Assembly (NCBI GenBank): GCA_030765785.1
Contig: JAVCCC010000048.1
Location: 872 to 64,871 of the forward strand
Direction of reading: 5' to 3'
DNA from: Candidatus Aceula lacicola
Lineage (GTDB): Bacteria; Omnitrophota; Gorgyraeia; Zapsychrales; Aceulaceae
DNA length: 64,000 nucleotides
The notes under the pieces were generated by a model. That model made no database searches, had not been told where the DNA came from, and worked only from the letters and a program-made list of their open reading frames with translations. Shown piece after piece: positions 9,647 to 21,556 of this stretch. How positions within the stretch are numbered: position 1 is the stretch's first letter; each line of letters opens with the position of its first letter. A program made the translations under genes and the position numbers.

Positions 9647-9647
9647 T

Positions 9648-10742
9648 ATGAAATTAAATTCTGACATAACTTATATGAAGATGGCACTTGATCTTGCGCT
9701 TAAGGCAAAGGGTAAGACTTCGCCTAATCCAATGGTTGGAGCAGTTATTGTTAAAAATAATCGTGTTATTGCAAAAGGATATCACAAGCGTTGCGGGGCT
9801 GATCACGCAGAGAGTGAAGCTTTAAAAAAAGCAGGACGCCTTTCTAATGGTGCGAAAATGTATGTTACGCTTGAGCCATGTGGGCATTTTGGTCGAACAC
9901 CGCCTTGTGTTGATGCGATCATTAAATCTGGCATCAAGGAAGTTATAGTTGGAACAAAAGATCCTAATATGAAAAATAATGGCAAATCAATTCGAAAGCT
10001 TAATGGAGCTGGCATTAAAACAAGAGTAGGGATTTTGGTCGATGAGCTTCTTTTGGCAAATGAAGTTTTTTTAAAATATGTGAAAAAAGGAATGCCGTTT
10101 GTTGTTGTTAAGTGCGCTCAGACAATGGATGGAAAGATTGCAACTGCTAGTGGGCATTCTAAGTGGATTACAAGTAAGGAAACGCGAAAATTAACGCATC
10201 AGTGGCGCAATGATTTTGATTCAATTTTAGTTGGAATTAATACAGTTGTTAAAGATAATCCGTATTTAAACGCAACTCAGAAATCAAAGCAGCTAAAGAA
10301 GATCATTATTGATTCGAAATTAAGAATTTCTTTGAGTGCGAATTTGTTTAAAAAAACAAATTCGCACAATATCTATATCGCAACAACAAAAGCGGCAAGT
10401 ATTAAGAAGATAGAAAGTTTTATAAAAAAGGGTGTGCATGTTGTTGTGTGTTCAGATAAGGACGGGCGTGTAGACTTAAAGAAGTTTTTTAAAGTTTTGG
10501 CGAAGAATGAAATAACGAGCGTTCTTGTTGAAGGAGGAGCGACTATTATAGGCAGTATTTTAAAGCAAAAACTTGCGGATAAAATATGGATTTTGATTGC
10601 GCCAAAGATTGTTGGAGATCAAGAGGCAAAAAGTTCAATTGCAGGACTTGGGATAAAAAATGTTAATCGTTCTTTAAAATTAAGCAATATACGTTTAAAA
10701 TGTTTTAAAAGCGATATTTTTATTGAAGCATATATAGGATAA
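9648..10742 (+). CDS. ribD: Bifunctional diaminohydroxyphosphoribosylaminopyrimidine deaminase / 5-amino-6-(5-phosphoribosylamino)uracil reductase.
   Basis: CMP/dCMP-type deaminase zinc motifs (HAE...PCGHFGRTPPC). C-terminal RibD reductase domain (VVVKCAQTMDGKIAT, LVEGGATI). Confidence 0.85.
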   Translation: MKLNSDITYMKMALDLALKAKGKTSPNPMVGAVIVKNNRVIAKGYHKRCGADHAESEALKKAGRLSNGAKMYVTLEPCGHFGRTPPCVDAIIKSGIKEVIVGTKDPNMKNNGKSIRKLNGAGIKTRVGILVDELLLANEVFLKYVKKGMPFVVVKCAQTMDGKIATASGHSKWITSKETRKLTHQWRNDFDSILVGINTVVKDNPYLNATQKSKQLKKIIIDSKLRISLSANLFKKTNSHNIYIATTKAASIKKIESFIKKGVHVVVCSDKDGRVDLKKFFKVLAKNEITSVLVEGGATIIGSILKQKLADKIWILIAPKIVGDQEAKSSIAGLGIKNVNRSLKLSNIRLKCFKSDIFIEAYIG

Positions 10743-10760
10743 GTTTTAACCGAAAGGATT

Positions 10761-11375
10761 TTGATGTTTTCAGGAATTGTTGAAGAAAAAGGTATTGTTC
10801 AAAAGATTGAGCGAAAAGAAAATTTAATTGTTTTATCCGTTAAAGCTAAGAAAGTTTTAAGAGGAATTAAAATCGGCGATAGCATTTCTACCGATGGCGT
10901 TTGCCTTACTGTAACGAAATTAAAAAAAGATGTTTTTACTTTTGATATCATGAAAGAAACAATGGATAAGACAACCTTGAAATATTTAGAAGTTGGGAGC
11001 AAGGTTAATCTTGAGGGTGCGCTTCGCGTTAATGATCGGCTGGGAGGCCATTTTGTATCAGGCCATATTGATGGGGTTGGGATAATTAAGAAAAGAATAT
11101 CAATGGAAAATTATGAAGAATTTCAAGTAACGATTCCTAAAAAACTTGCACGTTATTTGGCGGCTAAGGGTTCGGTTTGTATTGACGGGATTAGCTTGAC
11201 CCTTGGCGAAGTAAAGGGAAATATGTTTTCTGTTTATATTATTCCTCATACGCTCAAGGTGACAACATTGGGTTTTAAAAAAGATAAAGATAAAGTGAAT
11301 ATTGAAACAGATCTTCTGGCAAAATATATTTTGTCTGCGCGCGAACAAGATTTAATTCTTAGAAAGAGTAAATAA
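10761..11375 (+). CDS. ribE: Riboflavin synthase alpha chain.
   Basis: MFSGIVEEKG start. Two lumazine-binding repeats (GDSISTDGVCLTV and GSVCIDGISLTL). Confidence 0.8.
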   Translation: MMFSGIVEEKGIVQKIERKENLIVLSVKAKKVLRGIKIGDSISTDGVCLTVTKLKKDVFTFDIMKETMDKTTLKYLEVGSKVNLEGALRVNDRLGGHFVSGHIDGVGIIKKRISMENYEEFQVTIPKKLARYLAAKGSVCIDGISLTLGEVKGNMFSVYIIPHTLKVTTLGFKKDKDKVNIETDLLAKYILSAREQDLILRKSK

Positions 11376-11383
11376 ATTAAATA

Positions 11384-12622
11384 ATGAAAAAAAGAATTCT
11401 TATAACAGGGTTTGGCATTTTATCGAGTATCGGCAAGGGACGCCAAGAGTACTGGAAGTCTCTTAGAGAAGGAAAACCAGGCTGGGCTTCGGTGACTTTA
11501 TTTGATACTTCTGATCTTATGGTTCATCAGGCCGGAGAGGTTAAAGATTTTGATCCAAAGGTGTATATGGGTCAAAAAGGTTTACGGTCGCTTGATCGCA
11601 GCACAAAGTTATTGGTTTCTGCAGCAAAACTTGCCATTGAAGATAGTCAATTTACCATTACTGAAGAAAATACGGATGATTTAGGCGTGTCTGTTGGGAC
11701 AACTTTAGGAAGCGTTAAGAGTATTAGTGATTTTCAAGAAGTCACTTTGCGTGAAGGCCCTCGCTATACCAATCCAGCTTTATTTCCAAACACAGTTATT
11801 AATTCTCCTGCTAGCCAAGTTTCCATTTGGCACAACATTAAAGGATTTAATTCGACTATTTCAACTGGGTTTACAGCTAGTCTTGATGCAATGAAATATG
11901 CATATGATTTTATTCAGCTTGATAGGGTTAAGATGGTGTATGTAGGTGGAGTTGAGGAAATGTGTCGACAAACATTTCTTGGATTTCATGCGCTTAAGTT
12001 TTTGTCGGGATCAATAGAAAATAGTCAGTTTATTAGCTGTCCTTTTGATAAGAGAAGAAATGGTATTGTTTTTTCTGAGGGCGCGTGTTTGTTGGCGATG
12101 GAAAATTATGATCACGCGATTAAGCGTAAAGCACCTGTTTTAGGAGAAATTTTAGGATTTGGAACAAGTTTTGATCCGTATCGAATTAATAAATATAATC
12201 CAAAAGCAGAGGGATTGCAGCGTGCGATTCAGCTTGCCCTAAAAGAATCAAATCTTAAAACAACGGATATTGATTTTATTGTGTCAAATGCAAATTCAAC
12301 GCCGTCAGCCGATCGCATCGAGACTTTTGCTATTAAAGAAGTTTTTCAGGAACATGCTTATAAAATTCTTATCAGCGCGCCAAAGTCGATGACTGGTGAA
12401 TCTTTTAGTGTTTCGGGTGCACTTTCAGTGTCTGCAGCTCTATCGGTTTTTGATGATGATTCTATTTTTCCAACAATCAATTATAGGAAAAAAGATGTTG
12501 ATTGTGATTTAGATTATGTTGTGAATAAATCACGAAAAGCAAAGGTTAACAATGTTCTTGTGATTATCGCATCGCCAAGTGGAAACAATACGTGCGTGGT
12601 GTTGAGGAGGTTTATAAAATGA
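11384..12622 (+). CDS. Beta-ketoacyl-ACP synthase (FabF/FabB, thiolase-fold) family paralog in which the catalytic Cys-His-His triad appears replaced (Phe/Asn/Glu). Probably a non-catalytic KS-like protein.
   Basis: Recalled FabF motifs aligned by eye. The active-site ATACTSG context reads STGFTAS (Cys to Phe). NAHGTSTP reads SNANSTP (His to Asn). KSMTGHLLG reads KSMTGESFS (His to Glu). Overall KS-like N- and C-terminal architecture is retained. Confidence 0.65.
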   Translation: MKKRILITGFGILSSIGKGRQEYWKSLREGKPGWASVTLFDTSDLMVHQAGEVKDFDPKVYMGQKGLRSLDRSTKLLVSAAKLAIEDSQFTITEENTDDLGVSVGTTLGSVKSISDFQEVTLREGPRYTNPALFPNTVINSPASQVSIWHNIKGFNSTISTGFTASLDAMKYAYDFIQLDRVKMVYVGGVEEMCRQTFLGFHALKFLSGSIENSQFISCPFDKRRNGIVFSEGACLLAMENYDHAIKRKAPVLGEILGFGTSFDPYRINKYNPKAEGLQRAIQLALKESNLKTTDIDFIVSNANSTPSADRIETFAIKEVFQEHAYKILISAPKSMTGESFSVSGALSVSAALSVFDDDSIFPTINYRKKDVDCDLDYVVNKSRKAKVNNVLVIIASPSGNNTCVVLRRFIK

Positions 12623-13368
12623 ATTTGATAAAAGGCAAGGTTGCAATTGTAACAGGTGGTTCCAGAGGAATTGGTCGCGCAATTTGTTTAATGCTGGCTG
12701 GTCAAGGTTGTCATGTCGTATTTAATTATGCTAAAAACAAGGAAGCTGCGTCTGCGCTTGAAAAAGAGATTAAAGCGCTTGGGGTAAAAGTAAAGGCATC
12801 GCAAGTCGATATCAAAGATTTTGATAAAGTGAAGGAGTGGATTGAAAGTATTAAGAAAGAATTTGGTACGTTCCATCTCTTGATAAATAATGCAGGCATC
12901 ATCGCTGATAAAGCGTTAATGCTAATGGCGCAGGAAGACTGGCAAAACGTTATCGATACAAATTTGACAGGGGTTTTTAATATTACGCGTTGTTGTATTA
13001 CGACTTTCTTAAAACAAAAAGAGGGTAACGTTATTAATGTTTCTTCGGTTAGCGGGAAGATTGGTTTGCCAGGACAGGTTAATTATTCGGCGAGCAAAGG
13101 AGGGCTGGATGCCTTTACCAAAGCGTTAGCTAAAGAGGTGGCTGCATACAATGTGCGAGTCAATAGTGTTGCACCTGGTTTTATTGAAACAGATATTTTA
13201 AAAGAGTTTTCCTCAGAAGAGCGCGAAAAGATTAATAAGCTGATCCCAATGGGAAGGGCGGGAACGCCTGAAGACGTGGCTGGATGTGTTAAGTTTTTGT
13301 TGAGTCCAGAAGCACAATATATTATTGGAGAAAATATTCAGATGGATGGTGGATTAGCCATTCGATAA
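12619..13368 (+). CDS. fabG: 3-oxoacyl-ACP reductase (SDR). Start at MNLIKGK, preceded by a ggagg SD.
   Basis: GKVAIVTGGSRGIGRAI Rossmann motif, NNAG, catalytic S...YxxxK (YSASK). Confidence 0.8.
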   Translation: MNLIKGKVAIVTGGSRGIGRAICLMLAGQGCHVVFNYAKNKEAASALEKEIKALGVKVKASQVDIKDFDKVKEWIESIKKEFGTFHLLINNAGIIADKALMLMAQEDWQNVIDTNLTGVFNITRCCITTFLKQKEGNVINVSSVSGKIGLPGQVNYSASKGGLDAFTKALAKEVAAYNVRVNSVAPGFIETDILKEFSSEEREKINKLIPMGRAGTPEDVAGCVKFLLSPEAQYIIGENIQMDGGLAIR

Positions 13369-13380
13369 AGGAGAGGTTTT

Positions 13381-13815
13381 ATGCAATTAAATATTCAAGA
13401 AATTAAAAAAATTATTCCGCATCGATTTCCATTTTTGCTCATAGATCGTGTTGTTGATCTTGTTCCAAACGAGAAACTTGTTGCGATTAAAAACGTGACT
13501 GCCAATGAGCATTTTTTTGAAGGACATTTTCCAAATGAAAAAGTGATGCCAGGGGTCCTCATTTTGGAGGCTATGGCGCAGGCAGGATGTATTTATTTTT
13601 ATTATAGTCGCGATCTTCAAGGAAAAAATCTTTATTATTATCTTGGTAAGGCAACTGTTAAGTATTTCGCACCTGTTGTTCCGGGTGATCAGCTTAAAAT
13701 AGAGGTCACCACTATTAAGTTTTTGAAGAACACCGGGGTTGTCAAGACTCAGGCTTTTGTTGGAGAGAAGCTTGTCACCGAAGCCGAGATTGTTTTTTCA
13801 ACCAAAGAAGCTTAA
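13381..13815 (+). CDS. fabZ: 3-hydroxyacyl-ACP dehydratase FabZ.
   Basis: Hot-dog fold motifs (LPHRFPFLLIDRV, HFFEGHFPNEKVMPGVLILEAMAQ). Confidence 0.85.
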   Translation: MQLNIQEIKKIIPHRFPFLLIDRVVDLVPNEKLVAIKNVTANEHFFEGHFPNEKVMPGVLILEAMAQAGCIYFYYSRDLQGKNLYYYLGKATVKYFAPVVPGDQLKIEVTTIKFLKNTGVVKTQAFVGEKLVTEAEIVFSTKEA

Positions 13816-13834
13816 ATTTCTTCAAAATCCTCAA

Positions 13835-13863
13835 TTGACTCATCTTTCTTTAAGTGATAAACT
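13835..13863 (+). promoter_or_regulatory. Candidate sigma70-type promoter upstream of tRNA-Pro (TTGACT, 17-nt spacer, TAAACT).
   Basis: ttgact at 13835-13840 and taaact at 13858-13863, about 50 nt upstream of the tRNA 5' end. Confidence 0.35.
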
Positions 13864-13913
13864 ATTGAAAAATATCATTATTGTTAACTTCGTGAACATA
13901 AAACACGATAAAA

Positions 13914-13988
13914 CGGGAAGTAGCGCAGCCTGGCTAGCGCGCAACGTTCGGGACGTTGAGGTCGTGGGTTCAAGTTCCACCTTCCCGA
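13914..13988 (+). tRNA. tRNA-Pro, anticodon CGG. No CCA is encoded.
   Basis: Manual cloverleaf fold. Acceptor cgggaag/cttcccg with C1-G72 and discriminator A73, both typical of bacterial tRNA-Pro. D-stem gcgc/gcgc. Anticodon stem caacg/cgttg with loop ttCGGga. T-arm gtggg-ttcaagt-tccac. Confidence 0.8.
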
Positions 13989-13996
13989 TTTAATTT

Positions 13997-14272
13997 ATGG
14001 TACAAGCAAGTATTTTTTATTCTGGAGTTGTTCAAGGTGTTGGATTTCGTTATACAACGCAACGAATTGCGTTAGGTTTAAGCCTATGCGGTTGGGTTAG
14101 AAATCTTTCAGATGGTCGGGTTGAAGTTTTAGCTGAGGGACCTAAAGAAAAAATTGAGCAATTGATAGTTGAGCTTAATGAGCACTTTTTACAGGATATA
14201 AAAAATCATCAGATTAATTATTATTCGGTTACAGGAAAGCATTATGGATTTTCTGTCGCACCAACATATTAG
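13997..14272 (+). CDS. acyP: Acylphosphatase.
   Basis: 91 aa. [10 protein letters not shown]...[13 protein letters not shown] acylphosphatase signatures. Confidence 0.75.
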   Translation: MVQASIFYSGVVQGVGFRYTTQRIALGLSLCGWVRNLSDGRVEVLAEGPKEKIEQLIVELNEHFLQDIKNHQINYYSVTGKHYGFSVAPTY

Positions 14273-14289
14273 ATTGAGGTAAGTTTTTT

Positions 14290-17544
<3,255 letters not shown>

Positions 17545-17553
17545 GCGTTTTTT

Positions 17554-18441
17554 ATGAAAGATTATCTTCAGGAATTTCTTAACCATTTATTTGTCGAGCG
17601 AGGGTTAGCTAAAAATACAATTATGGCTTATCAGCGGGACCTTATGCAATATGTTCAACATTTTTCTCGTAAAGGCATCAAAGATCCAGATGCGATCAAG
17701 AGAAGCGATATCACAGGATATATGCAAAAGCAAAAGACACGAGGTCTTTCGTCTAGCTCGATTTGTCGTAGCTTGGCAGCGATACGAATGTTTCATCGGT
17801 TTTTGGCTCGAGAGCGACTGGCTAAAGAAGATCCGACTCATCTTTTGGAAACTCCAAAGATGTGGCAGAGAATCCCAGATGTCTTAACAGTAAGCGAAAT
17901 TGAAGAGATTATTAAGACTTCTCAAGGGCGCAAGTGGCAACAGATTCGAGACAATGCTATTTTGGAGCTTTTGTATGCAAGCGGTATGCGTGTCTCTGAG
18001 CTTGTTGATTTGAAGGTGGAGAATGTTAATACGGAAATCGGATATGTTCGATGTATTGGAAAAGGTCAGAAAGAGCGCATTATTCCGATTGGACGAAAGG
18101 CAAGAGATTCCGTTGTTAAGTATTTAGAAAAAGTCCGAGGTAAACTTGTCAAAACAGATTTTAATTTTTCTTTATTTGTAAGTCGTTTGGGAAAGAAGAT
18201 AAGTCGTCAGAGTATTTGGAAAATTATTAAGCGTTATGCAAAGTTTGCAAAAATAAAGAAGGAAATTAAGCCGCACACATTTCGTCATTCTTTCGCAACT
18301 CATCTTTTAGAGCATGGCGCAGATTTAAGATCTGTTCAGGAGATGCTGGGACATTCTGATATATCAACAACGCAGATTTATACTCATGTTGATAGAGAGC
18401 GACTAAAATCGATTCATAAACAGTTTCATCCAAGGCCGTAG
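17554..18441 (+). CDS. xerD: Tyrosine site-specific recombinase, XerD-like.
   Basis: Catalytic R...HxxR...Y block (HTFRHSFATHLLEHGADLRSVQEMLGHSDISTTQIYTHV). N-terminal NTIMAYQRDL resembles XerD. Confidence 0.65.
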   Translation: MKDYLQEFLNHLFVERGLAKNTIMAYQRDLMQYVQHFSRKGIKDPDAIKRSDITGYMQKQKTRGLSSSSICRSLAAIRMFHRFLARERLAKEDPTHLLETPKMWQRIPDVLTVSEIEEIIKTSQGRKWQQIRDNAILELLYASGMRVSELVDLKVENVNTEIGYVRCIGKGQKERIIPIGRKARDSVVKYLEKVRGKLVKTDFNFSLFVSRLGKKISRQSIWKIIKRYAKFAKIKKEIKPHTFRHSFATHLLEHGADLRSVQEMLGHSDISTTQIYTHVDRERLKSIHKQFHPRP

Positions 18442-18442
18442 A

Positions 18443-19534
18443 ATGACAAAAATATGTTTTAAGAAATTGCCAGGTAATATTTTAAGCTTGATCAAGAGCA
18501 TTGGAGCGCATGCCGATAAAAAGAACATTTCAGCATATCTTGTTGGTGGAATTGTACGTGATTTAATCGTGGGAAAAGAAAACTTTGACATTGATGTTGT
18601 TTTAGAGATTAATGCTATTGATTTTGCAAAAGCATTCGCTGAAAAGAATAATTTTTCTTTTATTGCGTATCCAAAGTTTATGACGGCAACAGTATTTCAA
18701 GAAAATGGTGTTCGGATTGATTTTGCAACTGCGCGAAAAGAAAAATATTCTTCACCTGGCGCACTTCCAGATGTTTTGCCTGCAACAATTCAAACTGATC
18801 TTTTTCGAAGAGATTTTACTATTAATGCGATGGCTGTTTCTATTAATGAAAAGAAATTTGGTGAAATTATTGATTTTTATGATGGACAGGGAGATTTAGA
18901 GAAAAAGAAGATTAGAGTATTTCATGATAAAAGTTTTATTGAAGATCCGACTCGAATTTTAAGAGCTGTTCGCTTTGAACAGCGTCTTGATTTTGAAATA
19001 GAGCCTGATACAAAAAAGTGTTTAAGAAATTCTCTAAAAAAGAATATTATTCAGAGTGTGACCTTAGGAAGATATTTTGAGGAATTTAAGAAGATTTGTG
19101 AAGAGAAAAATCCTGTTAAATGCTGGAAGAGGTTGTCTGAGCTGGATGCATTAAAAGAAATTTTTCCAGATTTCTGCTTGAGCGAAGATCGAAATAAATT
19201 GCTTAATTTGGTTGAAGAGTATTTTAGCAGTTTGAGGGTAGAGAATTTTTTGTTGTCTCGATGGCTTGTTTATCTTATGGCGTTTGTTGATGATGTTTCT
19301 TTAGATGATACGAGAGATTCTTTGAATAAGCTTTTAATTGCAAGAAAAGATCAGCAGAAAATTCTTTCTTCTAAGACAGAATTTGATATTGTAAAAAGGG
19401 TGTCTTGTGAGAAAGTAAGCGTAGATCAAGCGCAGCGTGTTTTAAAATCTTTGAGCAGAGAAGAGTTGGTCTTTTTTTACTGCAAGAGCGATGATTTTTC
19501 TGTCAAAGAATATATCAAAAGATTTTTAATTTAA
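18443..19534 (+). CDS. cca: tRNA nucleotidyltransferase (CCA-adding enzyme) / poly(A) polymerase family.
   Basis: Pol-beta nucleotidyltransferase head (GGIVRDLIVGKENFDIDVV, RRDFTINAMA). Consistent with both tRNA genes lacking an encoded CCA. Confidence 0.65.
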   Translation: MTKICFKKLPGNILSLIKSIGAHADKKNISAYLVGGIVRDLIVGKENFDIDVVLEINAIDFAKAFAEKNNFSFIAYPKFMTATVFQENGVRIDFATARKEKYSSPGALPDVLPATIQTDLFRRDFTINAMAVSINEKKFGEIIDFYDGQGDLEKKKIRVFHDKSFIEDPTRILRAVRFEQRLDFEIEPDTKKCLRNSLKKNIIQSVTLGRYFEEFKKICEEKNPVKCWKRLSELDALKEIFPDFCLSEDRNKLLNLVEEYFSSLRVENFLLSRWLVYLMAFVDDVSLDDTRDSLNKLLIARKDQQKILSSKTEFDIVKRVSCEKVSVDQAQRVLKSLSREELVFFYCKSDDFSVKEYIKRFLI

Positions 19535-19564
19535 TATTATAACTATGACATTGAAGGAGATTTT

Positions 19565-19906
19565 ATGGAACGAATGGATCGCGTTAATCAAATGGTAAAA
19601 AGAGAAGTTTGCAATATTGTTCAGAGAGAGATGGAAGATCCAAGGCTTCACCTGGTTTCGATTAGCCGAATTGAAGTGAGTCGGGATTTAAAGCATGCAA
19701 AGGTGTATTTTAGTGTTTTAGGAGAAGAGGAAAAAGTTGAAAAAGCACAGGATGCTCTTAATAGCGCACGTAATCTTATTCGAAAACGCGTTGCGCAAAG
19801 AGTGCGTTTAAAATTTATCCCAGAGTTTGATTTTTATTATGACAAGTCTTTAGGCTTTAACATTGAACTTGAAAAGGAAGTAGAAAGGTTGAACAATGAA
19901 CATTAA
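19565..19906 (+). CDS. rbfA: Ribosome-binding factor A.
   Basis: 113 aa, KH-like RbfA signature (RVNQMVKREVCNIVQREMEDPRL...VSRDLKHAKVYFSV). Confidence 0.8.
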   Translation: MERMDRVNQMVKREVCNIVQREMEDPRLHLVSISRIEVSRDLKHAKVYFSVLGEEEKVEKAQDALNSARNLIRKRVAQRVRLKFIPEFDFYYDKSLGFNIELEKEVERLNNEH

Positions 19907-20852
19907 TAAAATCTCTAACGTGATTAAGAAATCGAAAAGAGTTTTAATTACGACTCATATTAATTCAGATTTAGATGCGCTTTCTTGCGAACTTGTCATG
20001 GCGCGTTATTTGAAGTCGATTGGCAAGAAAGTTTTAATTGCTAATGCGGATTCTTTGCCTGATATGTATCGATTTTTAAAAGGTGGAAATCAGATTAAGA
20101 AGACAAAGAAATTATCTGGTAACTATGATTTAATATTTGTTTTTGATTGCGGAGATTTAAATCGGATAGGATGCGTTAAGGATATTTTACCTAAAGGTGT
20201 TCCGATTGTTAATATTGATCATCATGTGACAAATAAATCGTTTGGTACATATAACCTAGTTAAGCCAAAAGCGTCATCGAGCGCTGAGGTTTTGTTTGAG
20301 TTTTTAATAAAAGAAAAGTTTGTACTCAACAAGGACACCGCTGAGCTTCTTTATCTAGGAATTTTAACTGACACAGGATCTTTTCGGTATCAAAGCACAA
20401 CAGCATATACGCATGAAATCATAGCAAAGCTTTTAGGGTTTAATCTTTCTGTTTCGAACTTATATAGCAAGGCTTATGAGAATTTAAGGGCTGATGATTT
20501 AAGAATTTTAATTGAAGCTTTAAAAAGTTTTTCGTCTTATAAAGGTGGGAAAATTCTTTTTGTTGATTTGAAGAAAAGAGTTTTGAAGAAAGTTGGAGAT
20601 AAATTTGATTTAAGAGATAAGATTTTTTCTCTTCTTCGAATGATTAAGGATACCGAGGCTGTTGTTATTTTTTCAGAGGATTCATCGAAGCTAACGAAGG
20701 TTAATTTTAGATCTTCTGGAAAAGTTAATGTGGCATTTGTTGCTGGGCAACATGGAGGAGGAGGCCATAAAGCTGCAAGCGGTTGTCGATATTCAGGTAA
20801 TTTAAAGAATGCTAAAAAAGATATTTTAGCTCTTTTGAAAAAACAGTTTTAG
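19896..20852 (+). CDS. nrnA: DHH/DHHA1 phosphoesterase, NrnA-like.
   Basis: DHH motifs (HINSDLDALSC, DCGD, DHH) and DHHA1 GGGH motif (QHGGGGHKAASG). Confidence 0.65.
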   Translation: MNINKISNVIKKSKRVLITTHINSDLDALSCELVMARYLKSIGKKVLIANADSLPDMYRFLKGGNQIKKTKKLSGNYDLIFVFDCGDLNRIGCVKDILPKGVPIVNIDHHVTNKSFGTYNLVKPKASSSAEVLFEFLIKEKFVLNKDTAELLYLGILTDTGSFRYQSTTAYTHEIIAKLLGFNLSVSNLYSKAYENLRADDLRILIEALKSFSSYKGGKILFVDLKKRVLKKVGDKFDLRDKIFSLLRMIKDTEAVVIFSEDSSKLTKVNFRSSGKVNVAFVAGQHGGGGHKAASGCRYSGNLKNAKKDILALLKKQF

Positions 20853-20866
20853 AATATAAGGATAAA

Positions 20867-21556
20867 ATGATTAATGGTATTTTAGTTATTAATAAGCCTT
20901 CTGATATGACATCTCATGATGTTGTTGATGTTATTCGTCGAAAATTTAAGATGAAGCGAGTAGGTCATGCGGGAACTCTTGATCCTTTAGCAACCGGTGT
21001 TTTGGTTATGTTGCTTGGAAAAGCAACAAAGAAGTTTGTTGAGTTTTCATCTTTTGATAAAGCTTATTTGGCTACTATGGCGCTTGGCCGGACGACGGAT
21101 ACCGCGGATATCAGAGGAAAGGTGATTGGTGAGAAACCATTTGATCATATTGATGAAAAATCGTTTCGAAATGTACTAAAAAATTTTATTGGAGAGATTG
21201 ATCAAATTCCTCCGATGGTTTCTGCTCTGAAGTACAAGGGAAAACGTTTGTATCAGCTTGCTAGAGAAGGTGTAAAGGTTGATCTTAAGCCTAGGCGTAT
21301 TTGTATTTCATCGCTTGATCTTATTGATTTTTCTCTTCCGAATGCAAAGATTTTTTTGGAGTGCTCCAAGGGAACCTATGTTCGAAAAATCGCTGAGGAT
21401 ATCGGTACGCTTTTGGGTTGCGGCGCGTGCATTACTCAAATTCATCGAACAAAAGTTGGGCCTTTTGACATCAAAGAGGCTAAGGATCTGAAAGATATAT
21501 CTGTTGCAGATGTTCAAAATATAAATGAGAATGATAAAATTGTTTATAGATTATGA
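20867..21556 (+). CDS. truB: tRNA pseudouridine(55) synthase.
   Basis: TruB motifs (GILVINKPSDMTSHDVV, RVGHAGTLDPLATGVL). Confidence 0.85.
   Translation: MINGILVINKPSDMTSHDVVDVIRRKFKMKRVGHAGTLDPLATGVLVMLLGKATKKFVEFSSFDKAYLATMALGRTTDTADIRGKVIGEKPFDHIDEKSFRNVLKNFIGEIDQIPPMVSALKYKGKRLYQLAREGVKVDLKPRRICISSLDLIDFSLPNAKIFLECSKGTYVRKIAEDIGTLLGCGACITQIHRTKVGPFDIKEAKDLKDISVADVQNINENDKIVYRL

Noticed and set aside
17554-18441. Tyrosine recombinase as a marker of a prophage or integrative element
   Set aside because: The sequence has XerD-type N- and C-terminal signatures and sits among housekeeping genes (ligA, cca, rbfA). No phage or transfer genes flank it.
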